DNA from: Balanoglossus misakiensis
Taxonomy: Eukaryota; Animalia; Hemichordata
Reading direction: 5' to 3'
Length of the DNA: 64,000 nt
NCBI GenBank assembly: GCA_040954595.2
Contig: CM082578.2
Location: forward strand, 6,991,519-7,055,518
Part shown: positions 1-9,762 of the stretch, one piece after another
Layout of the letters: each line of letters begins with the position of its first letter
How positions within the stretch are numbered: position 1 is the stretch's first letter
Made by a program: the position numbers and the translations under genes
The notes under the pieces: generated by a model
Databases searched by the model: none
What the model was told of the DNA's origin: nothing
The model's input: only the letters and a program-made list of their open reading frames with translations

Positions 1-3000
1 CCCTGTTTGGATTTTGCTCTGTTAGAGCTGATAAAATAGTTGAAAATTAACTGCTCATGACAGATGTGATAAGGGGGAATTCTGATCGGATGATATGTAA
101 TCAACTGGTGCTGGGAGTGTGGGGCATGTGTCAGAGGTGTTTGTGTGACACTTGTCATGCAATGGCCAGTCCACTTTTGGCCGTCTGACTCCCCCACCTA
201 ACGACAGAGCGTACACGGCAGTGTGTGGGTGTGTTGGTACACTCTACTTAAACTTTTTTTTCTTTCGTTAATTCCATTTTCTACTTGTTTTTTTATTTGC
301 CATACAAGAGCCTTTTCTCGCGCCCGATTGAATAAGACTGACCTGTTCCCAACAAACTATTCTGTCGCGATATAAAAGGGGGATTGAACTTTCCACATCA
401 TGCAATTGGGTCACTTTGTATGTATCTCGATATGTATTTGTGAATGCCGTTCTTTGGCTATAGAATAGATGATGGCCCATCCCTTCATAGTTGAGTCTGG
501 CTGGACCGGTCGGTCAGTCAGTCAGTGCGTTGGAGTGTTGTGTACATTTCAGCCCCCCGACAGGTGGGTGGATGCCGGTCTGAAGGAACGGCCGCAGCCC
601 CTTCAAAAGAGGAAACAATCCCAATTGTGAGAAGCATTTGTAAACCGTTGTGTACAAATGTCATGCCCCCAGTCTCCGGATCTGTTGGACCGCTTCCAAT
701 GTCAACTCTGTCTGAGATGCTCACTCCCCCCCCCCCTCCCCAGAAGTGCTGACTGCACAACTTTTTTTCTTGGATGAGTGTCAAGACCAGTCTGTCGTCA
801 TTTCCGAAAGTGTGACATGTGAGAATGAAAGAGGTGTCAACACACTTTTGCTCCTCCATAACTAGCCAAAGATAAAGCGTTGGCAGAACTGTCAATATTT
901 GCATAGATTGGTCATCTCTGACTTGATCCCTCTCGGCCTGCCACTCCAAACTTTTTTTCTTTCCAATTCGCGGTCTAGAGGGACTGTTGACCTGTAAGGG
1001 CAAATTAACCCCCCTTCTTCCAATCCACCAACCAAACAATCAAAATCTCAGCCAGGCTTCCTTACGAGAAGGGATTATGATATAAGAAAAAAAAGGACCT
1101 GTTCAATTCAAGTGTCTGTCGGTGATTTTCGCATTTTGTGTATGTCCGCCTCGTTGAAACCAAGTCGCGATTATAATAGCACAGCTGAATGGCAAAGTGG
1201 AAGAAATGGTCTGTGTGGACTTGGAACTGTGCCAAAATACTTTGAGAGAGACTGGCTGGGTATTTTTACAGTTTGTGTAAAGCTACTTGCCCCGTGGACG
1301 TATCACTGGAGCAAAACTGTCCTTTGACCTACTTGCATGTATTTATTCGGGAGCCGTGATGAATAAGCTGTTTGGGCTTTTATGGGCTTTGGGGGGATTG
1401 GAGCTGGTGACAGACATTCTGAGGTCTGTGCTCTCGACGGCTTTCGCTTGACTGAAGGTTATTTCGCGTTTGCCACGGAGACGACTGGCGAAAAAAATGA
1501 GGGAGCTTGTGCAATGTGGTTCCGATTTGGTTGGGTTTTCTAGAATGATTCGGTAGCCCGAGGAATAACTGGGAAAAAAGGGGCAAGGTACCTGCTGTGT
1601 GTAACCTCCCGCTGGAAAGTGTATCAGCTCTTGCGTATCCATGGTTATGGAGTGAGTTTGTTCGTCCAAGGACTCCAGTCGACATTGATCTGATACACTT
1701 TTTTTGCATGCTCTCATAATATCAGAGACAGACGATTTTTAATGTGACGATTGTACATGTACTTTGAAGAGAAAGCCGTGAAGGGAACTTCATGGCCGAG
1801 TTGAATTACTGACAAAGGTTCATCACTGATCAGAGAGGAGTAGCACCCCCTGGAAACTCACGACAATTTGAACATCTTGTGTGGGCAGTATCTTCCAGAG
1901 AGGGTTTAAGTGTCAAGTTTGCTCTGGTTCTACGGAGAAAAAAAATTCTGTGGATTTTTTAAAATACATTACCGGTATATACTACAGTGTCAAAATTCGC
2001 GTTGTCGTTCTCTTCTACTGAACAGTGTCTCTATGCAAGAAATTCAACCAGATTGTCCAACTTACCCTGGTACTGTGAATGTCTGTAATATTATTAGGTC
2101 AACTGTCATTCAATGCCGTTTATCATGGCTCCGACATTCATGAAAAAAATCTACCCACAGTGTAAAATTATTCCCCACACATAATAAAGGCAATAAAACA
2201 TTCCTGCCGACTTGAAAGGGATTTTCTCCAATGATGTCATTGCTGTCATGGTAACCACATGTTCTCCTGTAAGATTGAGTGGAGTTAGCCAGTTTCTTTG
2301 AGATAAAGATATCTGTGTTCATTGACTTCCTTTGACGGCGTTGCTATGGAGACTGTTTCTGGTGGCTCTTCTAAGAAAGCTTTGTTCCGGCATAAAATAT
2401 ACAAAAAAAACCCAACAAACCCACATCCTGTCCTTCCAGGAAAGACCTTATTCAAATCCGACTTTCATTTATGAACTTGAGCCGCCCACGGTCCCAGTAT
2501 CGGTGCAAATGTACTTCCACGGAAATGAGTGCAATATTCATTGCCGCGCGCTAGGCAGTGATGTAACATGACTAACCCAGACTACAAAACGCACTTATAC
2601 CGGGAAAAAAACACCCCTGACTTCCCCCATGTACTCATTTCGTTTCTTTTTTTGATTCTCAATTTATAAAATTTCGCTCCCGTCATCTGTCATCTCCTTC
2701 GAATGCACCAGTGGTTTTGATTAATTTGCAGTTTGTTTATTAGCCGGCTTCGGTATCGTAGAGGTGATGCGTCCCCACATCCAAGCTTCAATTAATGGAT
2801 ATTTCCTCATTTAGCCATTGATCAAAAGAAAAAAAAAAAGATGGCACGACTGAAAAGAACCGTTGACATTACACTTGCGCATTGACGTTTCAACGCCTTT
2901 CATGAGTGATTCCGGATAATTGGTGTGTGGCTTGGGACATAAACTATCTCTTTGAGTTTCAATGCTGCTTTCTTTCTTCGTATTCAGTGCCTTTCTTTCT

Positions 3001-3422
3001 AGCCCAGTGTCATTGTTTTATTTTTGTGCAGTCAGGCAGATCCGTTTGTCTTGTCTGTGGCATGTTTTGTACTGCGGGTCAGTCGTAATGGCACGTACTG
3101 GGCCTTCGGTTTTTGAAGAAACTTAGCCAAGCATACCCCTCATTGGTATGAATGGCTGAAGGTGCTTGATTGTGTCATGCATGTAAACACCACATATTTT
3201 TTACCGCCTTTTTTTGGGACCGAGAAAGTTGGAGGGCTATTGCAGCCAATATGGCTTTCATTAAGGTCCCATGACACCCTTTTTCACCTAGCCAGCCACT
3301 GATATTTGGTCACTTCATTAACCATGTTCAATAATAATTTTCATTTCTGTCTGAAATACATGGACAAATTAACACAGCATTTTTTAACCAGATTTTTTCT
3401 TGTCTGTCTTTTCTTCTTACAG

Positions 3423-3766
3423 AGGAAGCAAGGCAGGCCAAGTGCGGAATTCTAGTTCACTGCCTGGCCGGCATCAGTCGATCGGTGACGGTGACCGTGG
3501 CCTACCTCATGCAGACGCTCGCCCTGTCGCTGAACGACGCGTACGACTACGTCAAGAAGAGGAAGGCGAACATCTCGCCCAACTTCAACTTCATGGGACA
3601 GTTGTTGGACTTTGAGAGTACGCTGAGCAACAGCCCCTGCCGGAAGGGCACTTGTAGCTGCGCGCTGGAGGGACGGAAGTGCGCGAGCCCGGACACCGCC
3701 CTCTTCTCCTACAGTTCGAGTTCGGAGACGAGCTGCGAATTCCACTTCGACATCTCTCCCAGCTGA
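3423..3766 (+). CDS. DUSP7: Last coding exon of a dual-specificity MAP kinase phosphatase (DUSP6/7/9, MKP3-like); upstream exons lie outside the window
   Basis: Polypyrimidine tract plus AG at 3421-3422, then [30 protein letters not shown]...[26 protein letters not shown]. This contains the HCxAGxSRS catalytic loop and the [15 protein letters not shown] signature of MKP3-type DUSPs. TGA ends at 3766; AATAAA near 4014. Confidence 0.9.
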
Positions 3767-4738
3767 AAAGACAGCAAAAGTGTCGGGGAATACAAAAAAT
3801 GCTCCGGAACCTACTACAAGCGAAATTTTAATCAGCCAGTCACTTTGACAGTGCAAAACGGCAACTGGCATCAGGGATTGACATTGTTAGAAGTTCAGGA
3901 GCGAGAGGAGAAGGAGACCCGTGTCCATGGCAACAGTGTGTAGTAGCTGAACTGTCCTGACAGTCTGTGGTCCTTCCCAAGGATTAGATGAAGTGAATTT
4001 GACCTACCCTAATAATAAACTGATGAACTTTGTACAGACAGACTTGTTTATTTGTATATTTGTTGACCAAAGCACATTGTAAATTGTGTACAGATATCCC
4101 TTTTTCTGAATTTGTAAAACAGCCACTATCCACCAGAATTGGTGTTTCACTAGTGGTATTAATTTTCTCCTTTATTTTGTATGTTTCGTTTTGTAGAGTT
4201 TTATTTTTCACGAGAAATCTCTAAGTAAACATGGATAGTATTTACCTAAATGTGCCACATGAGACGTTACCTGTTCTCAAGAAAGAGATGTGTACAATTT
4301 GCTGATGAGTTTGTTTTTTTTGCAATCTCACTTCCTGTTCATTTCTGTAGCTGTGCGCACCAGTGCTTAATGTAAATTGCAGCTCTAATGTTGTCGACGA
4401 CAACTTGCCATTTCAGTCTCTTGCTCCGGAGGATATAACCCGTCCACACAAACGAAAAAATTGCTACGAGGCTTGGCTCGCTTTTTGACCGAGGGTGGTG
4501 TTGGTTTGATTTGCACCTTCTTGTTTTTTGTTTTAAAATCTAAGCTTGCCAAGCTTTGATGAATCTCAGGAAAACTTGAAGTCACACTCTCAGAAAAAAA
4601 TTCCCCACTTTCACGGACTAGCCAGTTATAACTATCAAGACACGCCATAGACCGATACATACAGTACTATAGAATGAGACAGCCATTTTAACTACTGGCA
4701 GATGAATGTCACTCATAAGGGGGGGACCCCATTCATTT

Positions 4739-4896
4739 TTCAATTCTGTACATTGAATACTTACCCACCAAACTTTCGGGAATTAATACCTCAGGCTCCG
4801 TTAATTGCAAGATTAGAACTTTTAGCCTAGACTATCCTGTGACCTGGGTCACAGGACCCCCTAGCTCCTCAGTTTAATACCTTGCAGAGACTGCAT
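4739..4896 (+). repeat. DIRS left inverted terminal repeat
   Basis: 4755-4876 is the exact reverse complement of 11318-11439; imperfect match continues to ~4896. Confidence 0.95.
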
Positions 4897-5273
4897 CGGA
4901 CATCTCTGTTCTCCGCTCCGTGCAAGTTCCTTCGTCGCGGCTGCTTTTTCTGCTCTAGGATCGACAGCTAAGTGATTTTTCCCTTGTTGGATATCATATT
5001 TCGTTGATCTCTGTTAGCGTTTCCGCTAATTTTTGTCTTTCAACGATTTTTTGGACTTTTTTGCCGTGTCCGCGTGTGATTATTTCAGCGGTACACGCAG
5101 CTTGCTTAGACGCTATATACGTTGTTTTTTCCACTCGGCGCGTTTTTCACGTCGACCGAGTTTGTTTACGGTTGCTTATAGAGGTTTCTCTAGTATTCAT
5201 AGACCGTTTTCAGTGTTTCTTGAATATTTTTATTGTTATTTTGTTCATCACTCGTTCCGATTCCTTGCCGATC

Positions 5274-7682
5274 ATGGCTTCTCATTCGAATCGAACGTGT
5301 GATTGTGGTCAGCAGTTCTCACTGCTAGATAAGCATCGTCTGTGTTCCTTTTGCCGAGCATGCAAACAGGCTCAGCCTTGTGACATTTGCTCTTCGTGGA
5401 CACAGATAGATTGGTCTAATTTCGCCCCCTCGCTCGACGTTGCCACCGCGGACATCCCCGAGGCTGGCCCGTCATTGTCAATCTCTGACTTGCGAGGCGT
5501 TGGTCACGATCGTGCTCATTCGGCCGACAATACCAACACTGAAATTAGTGCCATACAGGGCAGGCAAACTCCTAAGAAAACGGACGTATTGCCTTCCCGT
5601 CATACGGTAAGTGATGCTAGACCACTATCGGAATTTTCCGAAGGGTTTATTAACCCCGGTGAGACAACTCAGTTGTCTTCTCCCGTGGTTTCTGCCCGTG
5701 ATATTTTCGCGCCAAACGGAATCACTTGCGTACAAAGTAGCAATTCCGTTCCCGCGCAATCTGCTTCCGTTGCTAGGGCACCCGAACCGACACGTACTGT
5801 GACAAATAATCAGGTTTTCGGGGGGCCTTTTCAGCAACACACTGGAGCAGTTCAAACAGGGCCTGCCCCAGCTGAGGTTTTTCCAGGTTATCCTAACGTC
5901 AACCAATACCCTATACGGTACCAAGGTTCGATGTTTTCTCATGGTATACCTACTCAGGGCAATTTTCAGAGGGATTTCCAACAATCCGGCACTTTTCAGC
6001 CGTATGGAAATTATCCCCAGGTGTTCCATCCGGGTATGTATTATCAGCCCCCGGTTTGGAATTACCCTAACCCTTATGTCTCAGGACAACAAATGTCGTA
6101 CCGCCCTCCAAATGAGTCGAACGTTACGCAACCAGGGTTTCAGCAGCCTATCCCCATGGCAACAGGGCTTCCTATGGGAACCCCAGACCAGATTGGGACT
6201 GTACCACTGCAAAGTCAGCCGTCTTCGACGGGAAGGCCTACCTCTCGGCAGACTCATCGTTCTGCCTCAGCGAGCATAGGACATAGCGGCAAACGCGCAC
6301 ACGTCCCTTCTGCTAGTGTTAGTCGTCCTGGCGCCCCTAGCAACGGGTCAAGCCAGTCGACACATAGTGTACATACTGTTTCGGCAGGACAACCTTCAGC
6401 GGATAGATCCGATTATCAGGTTGCACGCGCCGTTGCTAAGAAACATACGTCTCAGTCTCGCGACGCACTTCAGCGTTATGCTTCTCCGGCGTCCAGTGAG
6501 GATGATGATGACGATATTGAATCATCAGTCTCCCCCTCTCGCCGTAATGTCGTCGACCCTGACTCCCTTTCCGTACGCGCTCCCTCCGAGGACCGCGAGT
6601 TGGAGGGTAATGAGTCAGACGCGGTCGCTATCCAGTCGGTTGCCAGCGAAGCTAGGTCAACACAACAGGAAGTCGACAGTTATGACACACAGTCCAACAT
6701 TGGAGATACTGGGTCAAGAAAGTCAGACAGTTATTTCCACCGTTGCTATGGGTATGTTTATGAGACGTTCGGGGAGGAATGCCCTCCCCCTCCACTACCT
6801 CCTCGGCCTGAATCTCATGTGTTGGCGTTTGTCGATCCAACAAAGAAACAGACCGATCTCCGTTCACTGCCTAATTCTCTTGCACTGAGTACCACCATAG
6901 AGAGAGTACAGCGAGAGATAGCAGGAACTAGCCCCAACACGCTGCCATTACCTATCGGTAGACTACCGGCAGCATCCAGTCTGTTGCGCAACAAGCGATA
7001 TAAGACGCATGACTCATTGTTTTCGGCTGGCCTCCCTAAATTAGATGAGGATGCCGTCAAAGTGGATAATCAAGCTGGAGCATTTAAAACTGTCCCAATT
7101 GACCGCACGGCATTGCGGATCCTTGGACAGTCTGTTAATGCAACGGTGCGGACAATTTCTCATTTGGACTGGTTCGTGGCACAATTAGTGCGCATCGCAG
7201 AGTCCCCTGAGCACCCCAGCCAGTTTGCGGACTTAACTCGAGCTATCGGTAATACCCTAGTGCATAGTCTCGAGTTTTCCGTTCGTAGTCATGCCATGCT
7301 TCAATTATTGGAACGAGATGCGTTTCTCAATCGCCCCTCCGTTCAATTAACCGATGAGCTTAAAGCCAAAGCACGTGTTGTGCCATTGGACCCTAAAGCT
7401 CTGTTTGCTGGCAAATTAGCCGGTTTCGCCAAGGAAGCCACTAAAGCCGTTCAGAGTAACGCTTGGCTATTTGGACGAAACGGACAGAAAGGGCAGGACA
7501 CAGGCGCGAATACAAATCGCCCCAAGCAGTCCTCCAAAAAGCCTAAAGCCGGGGGTAAGGCACAGTCTAAGTCATATAAACCTCGTGCCCAACCCTACAA
7601 CAAAGGCATTCGAAGTAAGCCGAAAAGGGCATTTCCTACTTCGACACCTACAACGTCTGGCCAGAAAGGTCAGCGCTCCTGA
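5274..7682 (+). CDS. DIRS ORF1 gag-like protein (~802 aa from the first ATG)
   Basis: ATG at 5274 (MASHSNRTCDC). N-terminal Cys/His cluster (C-x-C...H-x2-C-x2-C-x2-C...C-x2-C..W) typical of DIRS gag, P/Q/S-rich middle, helical C-terminal region, basic tail. The ORF-track extension to 5004 starts at a non-ATG codon. Confidence 0.88.
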   Translation: MASHSNRTCDCGQQFSLLDKHRLCSFCRACKQAQPCDICSSWTQIDWSNFAPSLDVATADIPEAGPSLSISDLRGVGHDRAHSADNTNTEISAIQGRQTPKKTDVLPSRHTVSDARPLSEFSEGFINPGETTQLSSPVVSARDIFAPNGITCVQSSNSVPAQSASVARAPEPTRTVTNNQVFGGPFQQHTGAVQTGPAPAEVFPGYPNVNQYPIRYQGSMFSHGIPTQGNFQRDFQQSGTFQPYGNYPQVFHPGMYYQPPVWNYPNPYVSGQQMSYRPPNESNVTQPGFQQPIPMATGLPMGTPDQIGTVPLQSQPSSTGRPTSRQTHRSASASIGHSGKRAHVPSASVSRPGAPSNGSSQSTHSVHTVSAGQPSADRSDYQVARAVAKKHTSQSRDALQRYASPASSEDDDDDIESSVSPSRRNVVDPDSLSVRAPSEDRELEGNESDAVAIQSVASEARSTQQEVDSYDTQSNIGDTGSRKSDSYFHRCYGYVYETFGEECPPPPLPPRPESHVLAFVDPTKKQTDLRSLPNSLALSTTIERVQREIAGTSPNTLPLPIGRLPAASSLLRNKRYKTHDSLFSAGLPKLDEDAVKVDNQAGAFKTVPIDRTALRILGQSVNATVRTISHLDWFVAQLVRIAESPEHPSQFADLTRAIGNTLVHSLEFSVRSHAMLQLLERDAFLNRPSVQLTDELKAKARVVPLDPKALFAGKLAGFAKEATKAVQSNAWLFGRNGQKGQDTGANTNRPKQSSKKPKAGGKAQSKSYKPRAQPYNKGIRSKPKRAFPTSTPTTSGQKGQRS

Positions 7683-9762
7683 CTACCCAATATCGCTACC
7701 TCCCATTCCATCACCGGACATTCAAGTGGGAGGGCGCCTTCGTCACTTCGCCAACGAATGGCAGAAAGTGACAGACGACCAATGGGTGTTGTCAGTCGTT
7801 CGAAACGGGTTCAAACCAGAGTTTCTGACCGATCCTCCATTATCTTGGGACCCACCGCGTTTTGCCAATCGGGCAGGGCCACGCACGTCGGCAATTGCCG
7901 AGGCAGTGCAAGGGCTGTTATCAAAAAATGCGGTACGGATTGTAAACCCGTCTATAGACGGACCGGGATTTTACAACCACTTGTTTCTCGTTCCCAAAAA
8001 GACAGGGGGGTGGCGGCCGATTCTAAATCTAAGACCTTTAAACCGGTTTCTCCGCATAGAATCTTTTTCAATGGAAACCACTCGGTCCATACTGGCCGCG
8101 GTACAACCCGGCGATTGGATGGTTTCCATAGATCTCAAGGACGCGTACTTTCATATCGCGATCCACGAGGATTTCAGAAAATACTTCCGGTTTTCAGTAA
8201 ACGGAATCGTTTACGAATACACGGCTCTTCCGTTCGGCCTAGCGTCAGCACCTCGCGTGTTTACCAGAGTAGTGTTAGAGCTAGTAGGGTTTCTTCATCG
8301 CCAATCTGTCAGAACGCATCCGTATCTCGACGATTGGCTGCTACCCAATCTAAGAAGAGACGTACTCGAGAAGCATGTCTTCCTAGCTTGGTCCAGTCTC
8401 CTTCGCCTCGGCCTTATTCCGAGTCTGGAGAAGTCAGCCCTCACCCCATCACAAGACATGGTATTTGTTGGGATGAGACTTATGACACACGCAGGAATTG
8501 TTTGCCCTACCCCAGATCGAGTGGACAGACTTTTGGCTGTCATCAACTCAATCCTGTCTCGCACATCTATCCCGGTCAGGCTCCTGTTGGAAGCTATCGG
8601 GGTGATGGTGTCTATGTTGGCTATCATTCCCTGGGCACGCCTGCGTCTTCGACCAATTCAGCTGTACTTACTGGCCCTTTGGCGGCCATCTCGACAGCCG
8701 ATAGATCACATTATTCATGTACGACCGGCTCTCCGTGTCCACCTATGGTGGTGGCTAGACACAGAGAATCTGCTGAAAGGTGTTCCCCTACGGGTACCAC
8801 CGCCCACCCAGTTTCTGTTCACGGATGCTTCAACAACAGGTTGGGGAGCGCATCTGGACGAACTGACTGCATCGGGCAGTTGGTCAGTCGACCAACAAGA
8901 GCATCACATCAATTGGTTGGAACTCCAAGCTGTGTTTCTGGCTCTCAAATGTTTTCAGCGGTCGGTCACCAACCAGCATGTTCTGGTCAATTCAGACAAT
9001 GCTACAGTGGTGGCTTATATAAACAAAATGGGGGGGACCAGATCCCCAACCCTGTGTTACCTGACTTGGGAATTGTTCATGTGGTGCAAGAACCACAATA
9101 TTCTCCTTCGAGCCCGTCATCTGCCCGGCAAACGGAATCACGTTGCCGACGCGCTGTCACGAGACCGCAAGGTGGTCCCGACGGAGTGGGAAATTCCCCA
9201 AGAAATAGCCAATCAGGTTTTTGCGAAATGGGGAACTCCCATGGTGGACTTGTTTGCGACGTTTCAGAACCGCAAACTGCCTCGGTTTGTGTCGCCAGTC
9301 CCAGACAGCAGAGCTCTAGCCGTCGACGCATTGTCGATGTCGTGGAAAAGCCTACTGCTGTACGCGTTCCCACCACTGCCTCTCTTACCACTAGTCTTAA
9401 GGAAAATAGTGGACGAGGAAACAACTGTGATTCTAATAGCACCGGCCTGGCCGAAGCGCTCATGGTACCCGATGCTACTGGACTTAATGATAGATCGACC
9501 TCTGGAGTTACCTCTCCGCGAGGATCTACTGTCCCAGGGTCCTCAACTGATTCATCCCGACCCAAGCGTGTTCAGACTTCACGCGTTCAAGTTGTCGAGC
9601 AATCCCTCATTGCGAGCGGATTTTCTGAGACAGCTGCCGCCACCATCGCTAGACCTCAGAGAGCCAGCACCTTGGCAACTTATGAGGACAAGTGGACAAA
9701 ATTCTGTGATTGGTGTGATAAACGGAGTGTTGATCCACTCACAATTTCTGTTAACCAACTAG
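7681..9762 (+). CDS. DIRS pol: reverse transcriptase, RNase H and N6-adenine methyltransferase-like domain
   Basis: VGGRL start of DIRS RT, FLVPKKTGGWRPILNL, DLKDAYFHI, LPFGL, YLDD; RNase H FTDAS...HINWLEL...DN...ADALSR; MT-like DLFA...YAFPP. The frame is open from ~7420 but the first ATG (8071) is inside the RT domain. Start is given at the inferred +1 shift point. Confidence 0.95.
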   Translation, partial: DYPISLPPIPSPDIQVGGRLRHFANEWQKVTDDQWVLSVVRNGFKPEFLTDPPLSWDPPRFANRAGPRTSAIAEAVQGLLSKNAVRIVNPSIDGPGFYNHLFLVPKKTGGWRPILNLRPLNRFLRIESFSMETTRSILAAVQPGDWMVSIDLKDAYFHIAIHEDFRKYFRFSVNGIVYEYTALPFGLASAPRVFTRVVLELVGFLHRQSVRTHPYLDDWLLPNLRRDVLEKHVFLAWSSLLRLGLIPSLEKSALTPSQDMVFVGMRLMTHAGIVCPTPDRVDRLLAVINSILSRTSIPVRLLLEAIGVMVSMLAIIPWARLRLRPIQLYLLALWRPSRQPIDHIIHVRPALRVHLWWWLDTENLLKGVPLRVPPPTQFLFTDASTTGWGAHLDELTASGSWSVDQQEHHINWLELQAVFLALKCFQRSVTNQHVLVNSDNATVVAYINKMGGTRSPTLCYLTWELFMWCKNHNILLRARHLPGKRNHVADALSRDRKVVPTEWEIPQEIANQVFAKWGTPMVDLFATFQNRKLPRFVSPVPDSRALAVDALSMSWKSLLLYAFPPLPLLPLVLRKIVDEETTVILIAPAWPKRSWYPMLLDLMIDRPLELPLREDLLSQGPQLIHPDPSVFRLHAFKLSSNPSLRADFLRQLPPPSLDLREPAPWQLMRTSGQNSVIGVINGVLIHSQFLLTN

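Noticed and set aside
518-1717. Minus-strand ORFs of 173, 124 and 109 aa
   Set aside because: No recognisable domain or splice structure; probably DUSP intron sequence.
5004-5273. 90-codon hydrophobic N-terminal extension of gag in the ORF track
   Set aside because: Starts at TTG in a T-rich leader. The first ATG (5274) directly precedes the conserved Cys motif.
7471-7680. TTG start for pol at 7471
   Set aside because: Bacterial-style start call. This stretch overlaps gag and shows no RT similarity before ~7725.
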